Assembly: GCF_009914755.1 (NCBI RefSeq)
Contig: NC_060929.1
Origin: the human T2T-CHM13v2.0 reference genome, Homo sapiens
Length of the DNA: 64,000 nt
Direction: 5' to 3' (one strand)
In this document: piece by piece, positions 11,101 to 26,100 of the stretch
How positions within the stretch are numbered: position 1 is the first letter of the stretch
How the letters are laid out: each line of letters starts with the position of its first letter
Made by a program: the position numbers and the translations under genes
Notes under the pieces: model-generated
Databases searched by the model: none
Told to the model about the DNA's origin: nothing
Seen by the model: only the letters and a program-made list of their open reading frames with translations

Positions 11101-14100
11101 ACTAGACAGAGGCATTGTCAGAAACTGCTTTGTGATGTGTGCATTTAAGTCACAGACTTGAAACTTCCTTTAGGTAGAGCAGTGTTGAAACACACTTTTT
11201 GTATAATCTACAAGTGTTCTTTGGAGTGCTTTGTTGCCTATGTTGGAAAAAGAAATATCTTCACATAAAAACTAGACAGAAGCATTCTCAGAAACTCCTT
11301 TGTAATGGGTTTGTTCAATTCACATTGTTGAACCTTTCTTTTGATACAGCAGTGTTGAAACAAACATTTTGTAGAATCTGCAAGGGTTCATTTCAAATGC
11401 TTTGCGGCCTATGTTGGAAAAAGTGATATCTTCACCTAAAAAATAGACAGAAGCATTCTCAGGAACTGCTTTGTAATATGTGCATTCAACTCACAGAGTT
11501 GAACCTTCCTTTTGAGAGAGCGGTTTTGAAACAGTCTTTTTGTAGTATCTGCAAGTGGATATTTGGAGCGATTTGAGGTCTAAGAAGGAAAAGGAAGTAC
11601 CTTCAAATAAAAACTAGACAGAAGCTTTCTCAGAAACTGCTTTGTGATGTGTGCATTTAACTCAAAGTCTTGATCCTTACTTTTGTTAGAGCAGTGTTGA
11701 AACACACTTTTTGTAGAACCTGGTAGTGTTCATTTGGAGAGATTTGTTGCCTATGGTGGAAAAAGGATTATCTTCTCTTAAAAACTAGACAGAAGCATTC
11801 TTAGAAACTGCTTTGTGATGTGTGTGTTCAATTCACAGAGTTGAAACTTTCCTTTGACAGAGCAGGTTTGAAACACTGCTTCTGTAGAATCTGCTTGTGG
11901 ATATTGGGAGCTCCTTGAGGAATACGTTGTAAAAGGCATATCTTCACATACAAACTAGACAGAAGCATTCTCAGAAACTGCTTTGTGATGTGTGCATTCA
12001 ACTCACAGAGTTGAACCTTCCATTTGAGAGAGCAGTGTTGAAACGGTCTTTTTGTAGTATCTTCAATTGGATATTTGGAGCGATTTGAGGCCTATGATGG
12101 AAAAGGAAATATCTTCACATACAAACTAGACAGAAGCATTCTCAGAAACTGCTTTGTGATGTGTGCATTCAACCCACAGAGTTGAACCTTCCTTTTGAGA
12201 GAGCAGTGTTGAAACGGTCTTTTGTAGTATCTGCAAGTGGATATTTGGAGCGATTTGAGGCCTATGATGGAAAAGGAAATATCTTCACATACAAACTAGA
12301 CAGAAGCATTCTCAGAAACTGCTTTGTGATGTGTGCATTCAACCGACAGATTTGAACTTTCCTTTGGAGAGGGAGGTTTTGAAACAGTCTTTTTGTAGTA
12401 TCTGCAAGTGGATATTTGTAGTGACTTGGGGCCTCAGGTGGAAAAGGAAATACCTTCACATACAAAGTAGACAGAAGTATTCTCAGAAACTCCATTGTGA
12501 TGTGTGCACTCAACTCACAGAGTTGAACCTTCCTTTTGAGAGAGCAGTTTTGAAACAGTCTTTTTGTAACGTCTGCATGTGGATATTTGGAGCGATTCGA
12601 GTAGTATGATGGAAAAGGAAATATCTTCACATACAAACTAAACAGAAGCATTCTCAGAAACTTCTTGTGATGTGTGCATTCACCTAACAGAGTGGAACCG
12701 TTCTTTTGATAGAGCAGTTTTGAATCAGTCTTTTGGTAGGACCTGCAAGTTTTCATTTGGAGCGCTTTGAAGCCCATGGTGGAAAAGGGACTATCTTCAC
12801 AAAAAACTAGGCAGAAGCCTTCTCAGGAACTTCATTGAGATGTGTGCATTCAACTAACAGAGTTGAAACTGTCTTTTGACAGAGGAGGAATGAAACACTC
12901 CTTTTGTAGTATCTGATTGTGTGTATTTGGAACTCTTTGAGTTATTCGTTGGAAACGGGTATCTTCACATAAAAAGTAGACCCAAGCATTCTCAGAAGGT
13001 TCTTTGTGATGTGTGCGTTCAACTCACAGACTTGAAACTTTCTTTTGATAGAGCAGTGTTGAAACACACTTTTTGTAGAATCCACAAGTATTCCTTTGGA
13101 GCGCTTTGTTGCCTATGTGGGAAAAAGGAATATCTTCACTTAAAAACTAGACAGAAGCATTCTCTGAAACTCCTCTGTGAAGTGTGTGTTCAATTCACAT
13201 CGTTGAACCTTTCTTTTGATAGAGCAGTGTTGAAACATACTTTTTGTAGAATCTGCAAGTGTCCATTTCGAGTTCTTTTGTGCGTATGCTGGAAAAAGTG
13301 ATATCTTCACCTGAAAAATAGACAGAAGCATTCCAGAAACTGCTTTGTAACATGTGCATTCAACTCACAGTGTTGAACCTTCCTTTTGAGAGAGCGGTTT
13401 TGAAACAGTCTTTTTGTAGTATCTGCAAGTGGATATTTGCAGTGATTTGAGGCCGAAGAAGGAAAAGGAAATACCTTCAAATAAAAAACTAGACGGAAGC
13501 ATTTTCAGAAACTGCCTTGTGATGTGTGCATTCAACTCACAGAGTTGAACCTTCCTTTTGAGAGAGAAGTTTTGAAACAGTCTTTTTGTAGTATTTGCAA
13601 GTGGATATTTGGAGCGATTTGTGGAGTATGGTGGAAAATGAAATATCTTCACATACAAACTAGACAGAGGCATTGTCAGAAACTGCTTTGTGATGTGTGC
13701 ATTTAAGTCACAGACTTGAAACTTCCTTTAGGTAGAGCAGTGTTGAAACACACTTTTTGTATAATCTACAAGTGTTCTTTGGAGTGCTTTGTTGCCTATG
13801 TTGGAAAAAGAAATATCTTCACATAAAAACTAGACAGAAGCATTCTCAGAAACTCCTTTGTAATGGGTTTGTTCAATTCACATTGTTGAACCTTTCTTTT
13901 GATACAGCAGTGTTGAAACAAACATTTTGTAGAATCTGCAAGGGTTCATTTCAAATGCTTTGCGGCCTATGTTGGAAAAAGTGATATCTTCACCTAAAAA
14001 ATAGACAGAAGCATTCTCAGGAACTGCTTTGTAATATGTGCATTCAACTCACAGAGTTGAACCTTCCTTTTGAGAGAGCGGTTTTGAAACAGTCTTTTTG

Positions 14101-17100
14101 TAGTATCTGCAAGTGGATATTTGGAGCGATTTGAGGTCTAAGAAGGAAAAGGAAGTACCTTCAAATAAAAACTAGACAGAAGCTTTCTCAGAAACTGCTT
14201 TGTGATGTGTGCATTTAACTCAAAGTCTTGATCCTTACTTTTGTTAGAGCAGTGTTGAAACACACTTTTTGTAGAACCTGGTAGTGTTCATTTGGAGAGA
14301 TTTGTTGCCTATGGTGGAAAAAGGATTATCTTCTCTTAAAAACTAGACAGAAGCATTCTTAGAAACTGCTTTGTGATGTGTGTGTTCAATTCACAGAGTT
14401 GAAACTTTCCTTTGACAGAGCAGGTTTGAAACACTGCTTCTGTAGAATCTGCTTGTGGATATTGGGAGCTCCTTGAGGAATACGTTGTAAAAGGCATATC
14501 TTCACATACAAACTAGACAGAAGCATTCTCAGAAACTGCTTTGTGATGTGTGCATTCAACTCACAGAGTTGAACCTTCCATTTGAGAGAGCAGTGTTGAA
14601 ACGGTCTTTTTGTAGTATCTTCAATTGGATATTTGGAGCGATTTGAGGCCTATGATGGAAAAGGAAATATCTTCACATACAAACTAGACAGAAGCATTCT
14701 CAGAAACTGCTTTGTGATGTGTGCATTCAACCCACAGAGTTGAACCTTCCTTTTGAGAGAGCAGTGTTGAAACGGTCTTTTGTAGTATCTGCAAGTGGAT
14801 ATTTGGAGCGATTTGAGGCCTATGATGGAAAAGGAAATATCTTCACATACAAACTAGACAGAAGCATTCTCAGATACTGCTTTGTGATGTGTGCATTCAA
14901 CCGACAGATTTGAACTTTCCTTTGGAGAGGGAGGTTTTGAAACAGTCTTTTTGTAGTATCTGCAAGTGGATATTTGTAGTGACTTGGGGCCTCAGGTGGA
15001 AAAGGAAATACCTTCACATACAAAGTAGACAGAAGTATTCTCAGAAACTCCATTGTGATGTGTGCACTCAACTCACAGAGTTGAACCTTCCTTTTGAGAG
15101 AGCAGTTTTGAAACAGTCTTTTTGTAACGTCTGCAGGTGGATATTTGGAGCGATTCGAGTAGTATGATGGAAAAGGAAATATCTTCACATACAAACTAAA
15201 CAGAAGCATTCTCAGAAACTTCTTGTGATGTGTGCATTCACCTAACAGAGTGGAACCGTTCTTTTGATAGAGCAGTTTTGAATCAGTCTTTTGGTAGGAC
15301 CTGCAAGTTTTCATTTGGAGCGCTTTGAAGCCCATGGTGGAAAAGGGACTATCTTCACAAAAAACTAGGCAGAAGCCTTCTCAGGAACTTCATTGAGATG
15401 TGTGCATTCAACTAACAGAGTTGAAACTGTCTTTTGACAGAGGAGGAATGAAACACTCCTTTTGTAGTATCTGATTGTGTGTATTTGGAACTCTTTGAGT
15501 TATTCGTTGGAAACGGGTATCTTCACATAAAAAGTAGACCCAAGCATTCTCAGAAGGTTCTTTGTGATGTGTGCGTTCAACTCACAGACTTGAAACTTTC
15601 TTTTGATAGAGCAGTGTTGAAACACACTTTTTGTAGAATCCACAAGTATTCCTTTGGAGCGCTTTGTTGCCTATGTGGGAAAAAGGAATATCTTCACTTA
15701 AAAACTAGACAGAAGCATTCTCTGAAACTCCTCTGTGAAGTGTGTGTTCAATTCACATCGTTGAACCTTTCTTTTGATAGAGCAGTGTTGAAACATACTT
15801 TTTGTAGAATCTGCAAGTGTCCATTTCGAGTTCTTTTGTGCGTATGCTGGAAAAAGTGATATCTTCACCTGAAAAATAGACAGAAGCATTCCAGAAACTG
15901 CTTTGTAACATGTGCATTCAACTCACAGTGTTGAACCTTCCTTTTGAGAGAGCGGTTTTGAAACAGTCTTTTTGTAGTATCTGCAAGTGGATATTTGCAG
16001 TGATTTGAGGCCGAAGAAGGAAAAGGAAATACCTTCAAATAAAAAACTAGACGGAAGCATTTTCAGAAACTGCCTTGTGATGTGTGCATTCAACTCACAG
16101 AGTTGAACCTTCCTTTTGAGAGAGAAGTTTTGAAACAGTCTTTTTGTAGTATTTGCAAGTGGATATTTGGAGCGATTTGTGGAGTATGGTGGAAAATGAA
16201 ATATCTTCACATACAAACTAGACAGAAGCATTGTCAGAAACTGCTTTGTGATGTGTGCATTTAAGTCACAGACTTGAAACTTCCTTTAGGTAGAGCAGTG
16301 TTGAAACACACTTTTTGTATAATCTACAAGTGTTCTTTGGAGTGCTTTGTTGCCTATGTTGGAAAAAGAAATATCTTCACATAAAAACTAGACAGAAGCA
16401 TTCTCAGAAACTCCTTTGTAATGGGTTTGTTCAATTCACATTGTTGAACCTTTCTTTTGATACAGCAGTGTTGAAACAAACATTTTGTAGAATCTGCAAG
16501 GGTTCATTTCAAATGCTTTGCGGCCTATGTTGGAAAAAGTGATATCTTCACCTAAAAAATAGACAGAAGCATTCTCAGGAACTGCTTTGTAATATGTGCA
16601 TTCAACTCACAGAGTTGAACCTTCCTTTTGAGAGAGCGGTTTTGAAACAGTCTTTTTGTAGTATCTGCAAGTGGATATTTGGAGCGATTTGAGGTCTAAG
16701 AAGGAAAAGGAAGTACCTTCAAATAAAAACTAGACAGAAGCTTTCTCAGAAACTGCTTTGTGATGTGTGCATTTAACTCAAAGTCTTGATCCTTACTTTT
16801 GTTAGAGCAGTGTTGAAACACACTTTTTGTAGAACCTGGTAGTGTTCATTTGGAGAGATTTGTTGCCTATGGTGGAAAAAGGATTATCTTCTCTTAAAAA
16901 CTAGACAGAAGCATTCTTAGAAACTGCTTTGTGATGTGTGTGTTCAATTCACAGAGTTGAAACTTTCCTTTGACAGAGCAGGTTTGAAACACTGCTTCTG
17001 TAGAATCTGCTTGTGGATATTGGGAGCTCCTTGAGGAATACGTTGTAAAAGGCATATCTTCACATACAAACTAGACAGAAGCATTCTCAGAAACTGCTTT

Positions 17101-20100
17101 GTGATGTGTGCATTCAACTCACAGAGTTGAACCTTCCATTTGAGAGAGCAGTGTTGAAACGGTCTTTTTGTAGTATCTTCAATTGGATATTTGGAGCGAT
17201 TTGAGGCCTATGATGGAAAAGGAAATATCTTCACATACAAACTAGACAGAAGCATTCTCAGAAACTGCTTTGTGATGTGTGCATTCAACCCACAGAGTTG
17301 AACCTTCCTTTTGAGAGAGCAGTGTTGAAACGGTCTTTTGTAGTATCTGCAAGTGGATATTTGGAGCGATTTGAGGCCTATGATGGAAAAGGAAATATCT
17401 TCACATACAAACTAGACAGAAGCATTCTCAGATACTGCTTTGTGATGTGTGCATTCAACCGACAGATTTGAACTTTCCTTTGGAGAGGGAGGTTTTGAAA
17501 CAGTCTTTTTGTAGTATCTGCAAGTGGATATTTGTAGTGACTTGGGGCCTCAGGTGGAAAAGGAAATACCTTCACATACAAAGTAGACAGAAGTATTCTC
17601 AGAAACTCCATTGTGATGTGTGCACTCAACTCACAGAGTTGAACCTTCCTTTTGAGAGAGCAGTTTTGAAACAGTCTTTTTGTAACGTCTGCAGGTGGAT
17701 ATTTGGAGCGATTCGAGTAGTATGATGGAAAAGGAAATATCTTCACATACAAACTAAACAGAAGCATTCTCAGAAACTTCTTGTGATGTGTGCATTCACC
17801 TAACAGAGTGGAACCGTTCTTTTGATAGAGCAGTTTTGAATCAGTCTTTTGGTAGGACCTGCAAGTTTTCATTTGGAGCGCTTTGAAGCCCATGGTGGAA
17901 AAGGGACTATCTTCACAAAAAACTAGGCAGAAGCCTTCTCAGGAACTTCATTGAGATGTGTGCATTCAACTAACAGAGTTGAAACTGTCTTTTGACAGAG
18001 GAGGAATGAAACACTCCTTTTGTAGTATCTGATTGTGTGTATTTGGAACTCTTTGAGTTATTCGTTGGAAACGGGTATCTTCACATAAAAAGTAGACCCA
18101 AGCATTCTCAGAAGGTTCTTTGTGATGTGTGCGTTCAACTCACAGACTTGAAACTTTCTTTTGATAGAGCAGTGTTGAAACACACTTTTTGTAGAATCCA
18201 CAAGTATTCCTTTGGAGCGCTTTGTTGCCTATGTGGGAAAAAGGAATATCTTCACTTAAAAACTAGACAGAAGCATTCTCTGAAACTCCTCTGTGAAGTG
18301 TGTGTTCAATTCACATCGTTGAACCTTTCTTTTGATAGAGCAGTGTTGAAACATACTTTTTGTAGAATCTGCAAGTGTCCATTTCGAGTTCTTTTGTGCG
18401 TATGCTGGAAAAAGTGATATCTTCACCTGAAAAATAGACAGAAGCATTCCAGAAACTGCTTTGTAACATGTGCATTCAACTCACAGTGTTGAACCTTCCT
18501 TTTGAGAGAGCGGTTTTGAAACAGTCTTTTTGTAGTATCTGCAAGTGGATATTTGCAGTGATTTGAGGCCGAAGAAGGAAAAGGAAATACCTTCAAATAA
18601 AAAACTAGACGGAAGCATTTTCAGAAACTGCCTTGTGATGTGTGCATTCAACTCACAGAGTTGAACCTTCCTTTTGAGAGAGAAGTTTTGAAACAGTCTT
18701 TTTGTAGTATTTGCAAGTGGATATTTGGAGCGATTTGTGGAGTATGGTGGAAAATGAAATATCTTCACATACAAACTAGACAGAAGCATTGTCAGAAACT
18801 GCTTTGTGATGTGTGCATTTAAGTCACAGACTTGAAACTTCCTTTAGGTAGAGCAGTGTTGAAACACACTTTTTGTATAATCTACAAGTGTTCTTTGGAG
18901 TGCTTTGTTGCCTATGTTGGAAAAAGAAATATCTTCACATAAAAACTAGACAGAAGCATTCTCAGAAACTCCTTTGTAATGGGTTTGTTCAATTCACATT
19001 GTTGAACCTTTCTTTTGATACAGCAGTGTTGAAACAAACATTTTGTAGAATCTGCAAGGGTTCATTTCAAATGCTTTGCGGCCTATGTTGGAAAAAGTGA
19101 TATCTTCACCTAAAAAATAGACAGAAGCATTCTCAGGAACTGCTTTGTAATATGTGCATTCAACTCACAGAGTTGAACCTTCCTTTTGAGAGAGCGGTTT
19201 TGAAACAGTCTTTTTGTAGTATCTGCAAGTGGATATTTGGAGCGATTTGAGGTCTAAGAAGGAAAAGGAAGTACCTTCAAATAAAAACTAGACAGAAGCT
19301 TTCTCAGAAACTGCTTTGTGATGTGTGCATTTAACTCAAAGTCTTGATCCTTACTTTTGTTAGAGCAGTGTTGAAACACACTTTTTGTAGAACCTGGTAG
19401 TGTTCATTTGGAGAGATTTGTTGCCTATGGTGGAAAAAGGATTATCTTCTCTTAAAAACTAGACAGAAGCATTCTTAGAAACTGCTTTGTGATGTGTGTG
19501 TTCAATTCACAGAGTTGAAACTTTCCTTTGACAGAGCAGGTTTGAAACACTGCTTCTGTAGAATCTGCTTGTGGATATTGGGAGCTCCTTGAGGAATACG
19601 TTGTAAAAGGCATATCTTCACATACAAACTAGACAGAAGCATTCTCAGAAACTGCTTTGTGATGTGTGCATTTAACTCACAGAGTTGAACCTTCCATTTG
19701 AGAGAGCAGTGTTGAAACGGTCTTTTTGTAGTATCTTCAATTGGATATTTGGAGCGATTTGAGGCCTATGATGGAAAAGGAAATATCTTCACATACAAAC
19801 TAGACAGAAGCATTCTCAGAAACTGCTTTGTGATGTGTGCATTCAACCCACAGAGTTGAACCTTCCTTTTGAGAGAGCAGTGTTGAAACGGTCTTTTGTA
19901 GTATCTGCAAGTGGATATTTGGAGCGATTTGAGGCCTATGATGGAAAAGGAAATATCTTCACATACAAACTAGACAGAAGCATTCTCAGAAACTGCTTTG
20001 TGATGTGTGCATTCAACCGACAGATTTGAACTTTCCTTTGGAGAGGGAGGTTTTGAAACAGTCTTTTTGTAGTATCTGCAAGTGGATATTTGTAGTGACT

Positions 20101-23100
20101 TGGGGCCTCAGGTGGAAAAGGAAATACCTTCACATACAAAGTAGACAGAAGTATTCTCAGAAACTCCATTGTGATGTGTGCACTCAACTCACAGAGTTGA
20201 ACCTTCCTTTTGAGAGAGCAGTTTTGAAACAGTCTTTTTGTAACGTCTGCAGGTGGATATTTGGAGCGATTCGAGTAGTATGATGGAAAAGGAAATATCT
20301 TCACATACAAACTAAACAGAAGCATTCTCAGAAACTTCTTGTGATGTGTGCATTCACCTAACAGAGTGGAACCGTTCTTTTGATAGAGCAGTTTTGAATC
20401 AGTCTTTTGGTAGGACCTGCAAGTTTTCATTTGGAGCGCTTTGAAGCCCATGGTGGAAAAGGGACTATCTTCACAAAAAACTAGGCAGAAGCCTTCTCAG
20501 GAACTTCATTGAGATGTGTGCATTCAACTAACAGAGTTGAAACTGTCTTTTGACAGAGGAGGAATGAAACACTCCTTTTGTAGTATCTGATTGTGTGTAT
20601 TTGGAACTCTTTGAGTTATTCGTTGGAAACGGGTATCTTCACATAAAAAGTAGACCCAAGCATTCTCAGAAGGTTCTTTGTGATGTGTGCGTTCAACTCA
20701 CAGACTTGAAACTTTCTTTTGATAGAGCAGTGTTGAAACACACTTTTTGTAGAATCCACAAGTATTCCTTTGGAGCGCTTTGTTGCCTATGTGGGAAAAA
20801 GGAATATCTTCACTTAAAAACTAGACAGAAGCATTCTCTGAAACTCCTCTGTGAAGTGTGTGTTCAATTCACATCGTTGAACCTTTCTTTTGATAGAGCA
20901 GTGTTGAAACATACTTTTTGTAGAATCTGCAAGTGTCCATTTCGAGTTCTTTTGTGCGTATGCTGGAAAAAGTGATATCTTCACCTGAAAAATAGACAGA
21001 AGCATTCCAGAAACTGCTTTGTAACATGTGCATTCAACTCACAGTGTTGAACCTTCCTTTTGAGAGAGCGGTTTTGAAACAGTCTTTTTGTAGTATCTGC
21101 AAGTGGATATTTGCAGTGATTTGAGGCCGAAGAAGGAAAAGGAAATACCTTCAAATAAAAAACTAGACGGAAGCATTTTCAGAAACTGCCTTGTGATGTG
21201 TGCATTCAACTCACAGAGTTGAACCTTCCTTTTGAGAGAGAAGTTTTGAAACAGTCTTTTTGTAGTATTTGCAAGTGGATATTTGGAGCGATTTGTGGAG
21301 TATGGTGGAAAATGAAATATCTTCACATACAAACTAGACAGAAGCATTGTCAGAAACTGCTTTGTGATGTGTGCATTTAAGTCACAGACTTGAAACTTCC
21401 TTTAGGTAGAGCAGTGTTGAAACACACTTTTTGTATAATCTACAAGTGTTCTTTGGAGTGCTTTGTTGCCTATGTTGGAAAAAGAAATATCTTCACATAA
21501 AAACTAGACAGAAGCATTCTCAGAAACTCCTTTGTAATGGGTTTGTTCAATTCACATTGTTGAACCTTTCTTTTGATACAGCAGTGTTGAAACAAACATT
21601 TTGTAGAATCTGCAAGGGTTCATTTCAAATGCTTTGCGGCCTATGTTGGAAAAAGTGATATCTTCACCTAAAAAATAGACAGAAGCATTCTCAGGAACTG
21701 CTTTGTAATATGTGCATTCAACTCACAGAGTTGAACCTTCCTTTTGAGAGAGCGGTTTTGAAACAGTCTTTTTGTAGTATCTGCAAGTGGATATTTGGAG
21801 CGATTTGAGGTCTAAGAAGGAAAAGGAAGTACCTTCAAATAAAAACTAGACAGAAGCTTTCTCAGAAACTGCTTTGTGATGTGTGCATTTAACTCAAAGT
21901 CTTGATCCTTACTTTTGTTAGAGCAGTGTTGAAACACACTTTTTGTAGAACCTGGTAGTGTTCATTTGGAGAGATTTGTTGCCTATGGTGGAAAAAGGAT
22001 TATCTTCTCTTAAAAACTAGACAGAAGCATTCTTAGAAACTGCTTTGTGATGTGTGTGTTCAATTCACAGAGTTGAAACTTTCCTTTGACAGAGCAGGTT
22101 TGAAACACTGCTTCTGTAGAATCTGCTTGTGGATATTGGGAGCTCCTTGAGGAATACGTTGTAAAAGGCATATCTTCACATACAAACTAGACAGAAGCAT
22201 TCTCAGAAACTGCTTTGTGATGTGTGCATTTAACTCACAGAGTTGAACCTTCCATTTGAGAGAGCAGTGTTGAAACGGTCTTTTTGTAGTATCTTCAATT
22301 GGATATTTGGAGCGATTTGAGGCCTATGATGGAAAAGGAAATATCTTCACATACAAACTAGACAGAAGCATTCTCAGAAACTGCTTTGTGATGTGTGCAT
22401 TCAACCCACAGAGTTGAACCTTCCTTTTGAGAGAGCAGTGTTGAAACGGTCTTTTGTAGTATCTGCAAGTGGATATTTGGAGCGATTTGAGGCCTATGAT
22501 GGAAAAGGAAATATCTTCACATACAAACTAGACAGAAGCATTCTCAGAAACTGCTTTGTGATGTGTGCATTCAACCGACAGATTTGAACTTTCCTTTGGA
22601 GAGGGAGGTTTTGAAACAGTCTTTTTGTAGTATCTGCAAGTGGATATTTGTAGTGACTTGGGGCCTCAGGTGGAAAAGGAAATACCTTCACATACAAAGT
22701 AGACAGAAGTATTCTCAGAAACTCCATTGTGATGTGTGCACTCAACTCACAGAGTTGAACCTTCCTTTTGAGAGAGCAGTTTTGAAACAGTCTTTTTGTA
22801 ACGTCTGCAGGTGGATATTTGGAGCGATTCGAGTAGTATGATGGAAAAGGAAATATCTTCACATACAAACTAAACAGAAGCATTCTCAGAAACTTCTTGT
22901 GATGTGTGCATTCACCTAACAGAGTGGAACCGTTCTTTTGATAGAGCAGTTTTGAATCAGTCTTTTGGTAGGACCTGCAAGTTTTCATTTGGAGCGCTTT
23001 GAAGCCCATGGTGGAAAAGGGACTATCTTCACAAAAAACTAGGCAGAAGCCTTCTCAGGAACTTCATTGAGATGTGTGCATTCAACTAACAGAGTTGAAA

Positions 23101-26100
23101 CTGTCTTTTGACAGAGGAGGAATGAAACACTCCTTTTGTAGTATCTGATTGTGTGTATTTGGAACTCTTTGAGTTATTCGTTGGAAACGGGTATCTTCAC
23201 ATAAAAAGTAGACCCAAGCATTCTCAGAAGGTTCTTTGTGATGTGTGCGTTCAACTCACAGACTTGAAACTTTCTTTTGATAGAGCAGTGTTGAAACACA
23301 CTTTTTGTAGAATCCACAAGTATTCCTTTGGAGCGCTTTGTTGCCTATGTGGGAAAAAGGAATATCTTCACTTAAAAACTAGACAGAAGCATTCTCTGAA
23401 ACTCCTCTGTGAAGTGTGTGTTCAATTCACATCGTTGAACCTTTCTTTTGATAGAGCAGTGTTGAAACATACTTTTTGTAGAATCTGCAAGTGTCCATTT
23501 CGAGTTCTTTTGTGCGTATGCTGGAAAAAGTGATATCTTCACCTGAAAAATAGACAGAAGCATTCCAGAAACTGCTTTGTAACATGTGCATTCAACTCAC
23601 AGTGTTGAACCTTCCTTTTGAGAGAGCGGTTTTGAAACAGTCTTTTTGTAGTATCTGCAAGTGGATATTTGCAGTGATTTGAGGCCGAAGAAGGAAAAGG
23701 AAATACCTTCAAATAAAAAACTAGACGGAAGCATTTTCAGAAACTGCCTTGTGATGTGTGCATTCAACTCACAGAGTTGAACCTTCCTTTTGAGAGAGAA
23801 GTTTTGAAACAGTCTTTTTGTAGTATTTGCAAGTGGATATTTGGAGCGATTTGTGGAGTATGGTGGAAAATGAAATATCTTCACATACAAACTAGACAGA
23901 AGCATTGTCAGAAACTGCTTTGTGATGTGTGCATTTAAGTCACAGACTTGAAACTTCCTTTAGGTAGAGCAGTGTTGAAACACACTTTTTGTATAATCTA
24001 CAAGTGTTCTTTGGAGTGCTTTGTTGCCTATGTTGGAAAAAGAAATATCTTCACATAAAAACTAGACAGAAGCATTCTCAGAAACTCCTTTGTAATGGGT
24101 TTGTTCAATTCACATTGTTGAACCTTTCTTTTGATACAGCAGTGTTGAAACAAACATTTTGTAGAATCTGCAAGGGTTCATTTCAAATGCTTTGCGGCCT
24201 ATGTTGGAAAAAGTGATATCTTCACCTAAAAAATAGACAGAAGCATTCTCAGGAACTGCTTTGTAATATGTGCATTCAACTCACAGAGTTGAACCTTCCT
24301 TTTGAGAGAGCGGTTTTGAAACAGTCTTTTTGTAGTATCTGCAAGTGGATATTTGGAGCGATTTGAGGTCTAAGAAGGAAAAGGAAGTACCTTCAAATAA
24401 AAACTAGACAGAAGCTTTCTCAGAAACTGCTTTGTGATGTGTGCATTTAACTCAAAGTCTTGATCCTTACTTTTGTTAGAGCAGTGTTGAAACACACTTT
24501 TTGTATAACCTGGTAGTGTTCATTTGGAGAGATTTGTTGCCTATGGTGGAAAAAGGATTATCTTCTCTTAAAAACTAGACAGAAGCATTCTTAGAAACTG
24601 CTTTGTGATGTGTGTGTTCAATTCACAGAGTTGAAACTTTCCTTTGACAGAGCAGGTTTGAAACACTGCTTCTGTAGAATCTGCTTGTGGATATTGGGAG
24701 CTCCTTGAGGAATACGTTGTAAAAGGCATATCTTCACATACAAACTAGACAGAAGCATTCTCAGAAACTGCTTTGTGATGTGTGCATTCAACTCACAGAG
24801 TTGAACCTTCCATTTCAGAGAGCAGTGTTGAAACGGTCTTTTTGTAGTATCTTCAATTGGATATTTGGAGCGATTTGAGGCCTATGATGGAAAAGGAAAT
24901 ATCTTCACATACAAACTAGACAGAAGCATTCTCAGAAACTGCTTTGTGATGTGTGCATTCAACCCACAGAGTTGAACCTTCCTTTTGAGAGAGCAGTGTT
25001 GAAACGGTCTTTTGTAGTATCTGCAAGTGGATATTTGGAGCGATTTGAGGCCTATGATGGAAAAGGAAATATCTTCACATACAAACTAGACAGAAGCATT
25101 CTCAGAAACTGCTTTGTGATGTGTGCATTCAACCGACAGATTTGAACTTTCCTTTGGAGAGGGAGGTTTTGAAACAGTCTTTTTGTAGTATCTGCAAGTG
25201 GATATTTGTAGTGACTTGGGGCCTCAGGTGGAAAAGGAAATACCTTCACATACAAAGTAGACAGAAGTATTCTCAGAAACTCCATTGTGATGTGTGCACT
25301 CAACTCACAGAGTTGAACCTTCCTTTTGAGAGAGCAGTTTTGAAACAGTCTTTTTGTAACGTCTGCATGTGGATATTTGGAGCGATTCGAGTAGTATGAT
25401 GGAAAAGGAAATATCTTCACATACAAACTAAACAGAAGCATTCTCAGAAACTTCTTGTGATGTGTGCATTCACCTAACAGAGTGGAACCGTTCTTTTGAT
25501 AGAGCAGTTTTGAATCAGTCTTTTGGTAGGACCTGCAAGTTTTCATTTGGAGCGCTTTGAAGCCCATGGTGGAAAAGGGACTATCTTCACAAAAAACTAG
25601 GCAGAAGCCTTCTCAGGAACTTCATTGAGATGTGTGCATTCAACTAACAGAGTTGAAACTGTCTTTTGACAGAGAAGGAATGAAACACTCCTTTTGTAGT
25701 ATCTGATTGTGTGTATTTGGAACTCTTTGAGTTATTCGTTGGAAACGGGTATCTTCACATAAAAAGTAGACCCAAGCATTCTCAGAAGGTTCTTTGTGAT
25801 GTGTGCGTTCAACTCACAGACTTGAAACTTTCTTTTGATAGAGCAGTGTTGAAACACACTTTTTGTAGAATCCACAAGTATTCTTTGGAGCGCTTTGTTG
25901 CCTATGTGGGAAAAAGGAATATCTTCACTTAAAAACTAGACAGAAGCATTCTCTGAAACTCCTCTGTGAAGTGTGTGTTCAATTCACATCGTTGAACCTT
26001 TCTTTTGATAGAGCAGTGTTGAAACATACTTTTTGTAGAATCTGCAAGTGTCCATTTCGAGTTCTTTTGTGCGTATGCTGGAAAAAGTGATATCTTCACC

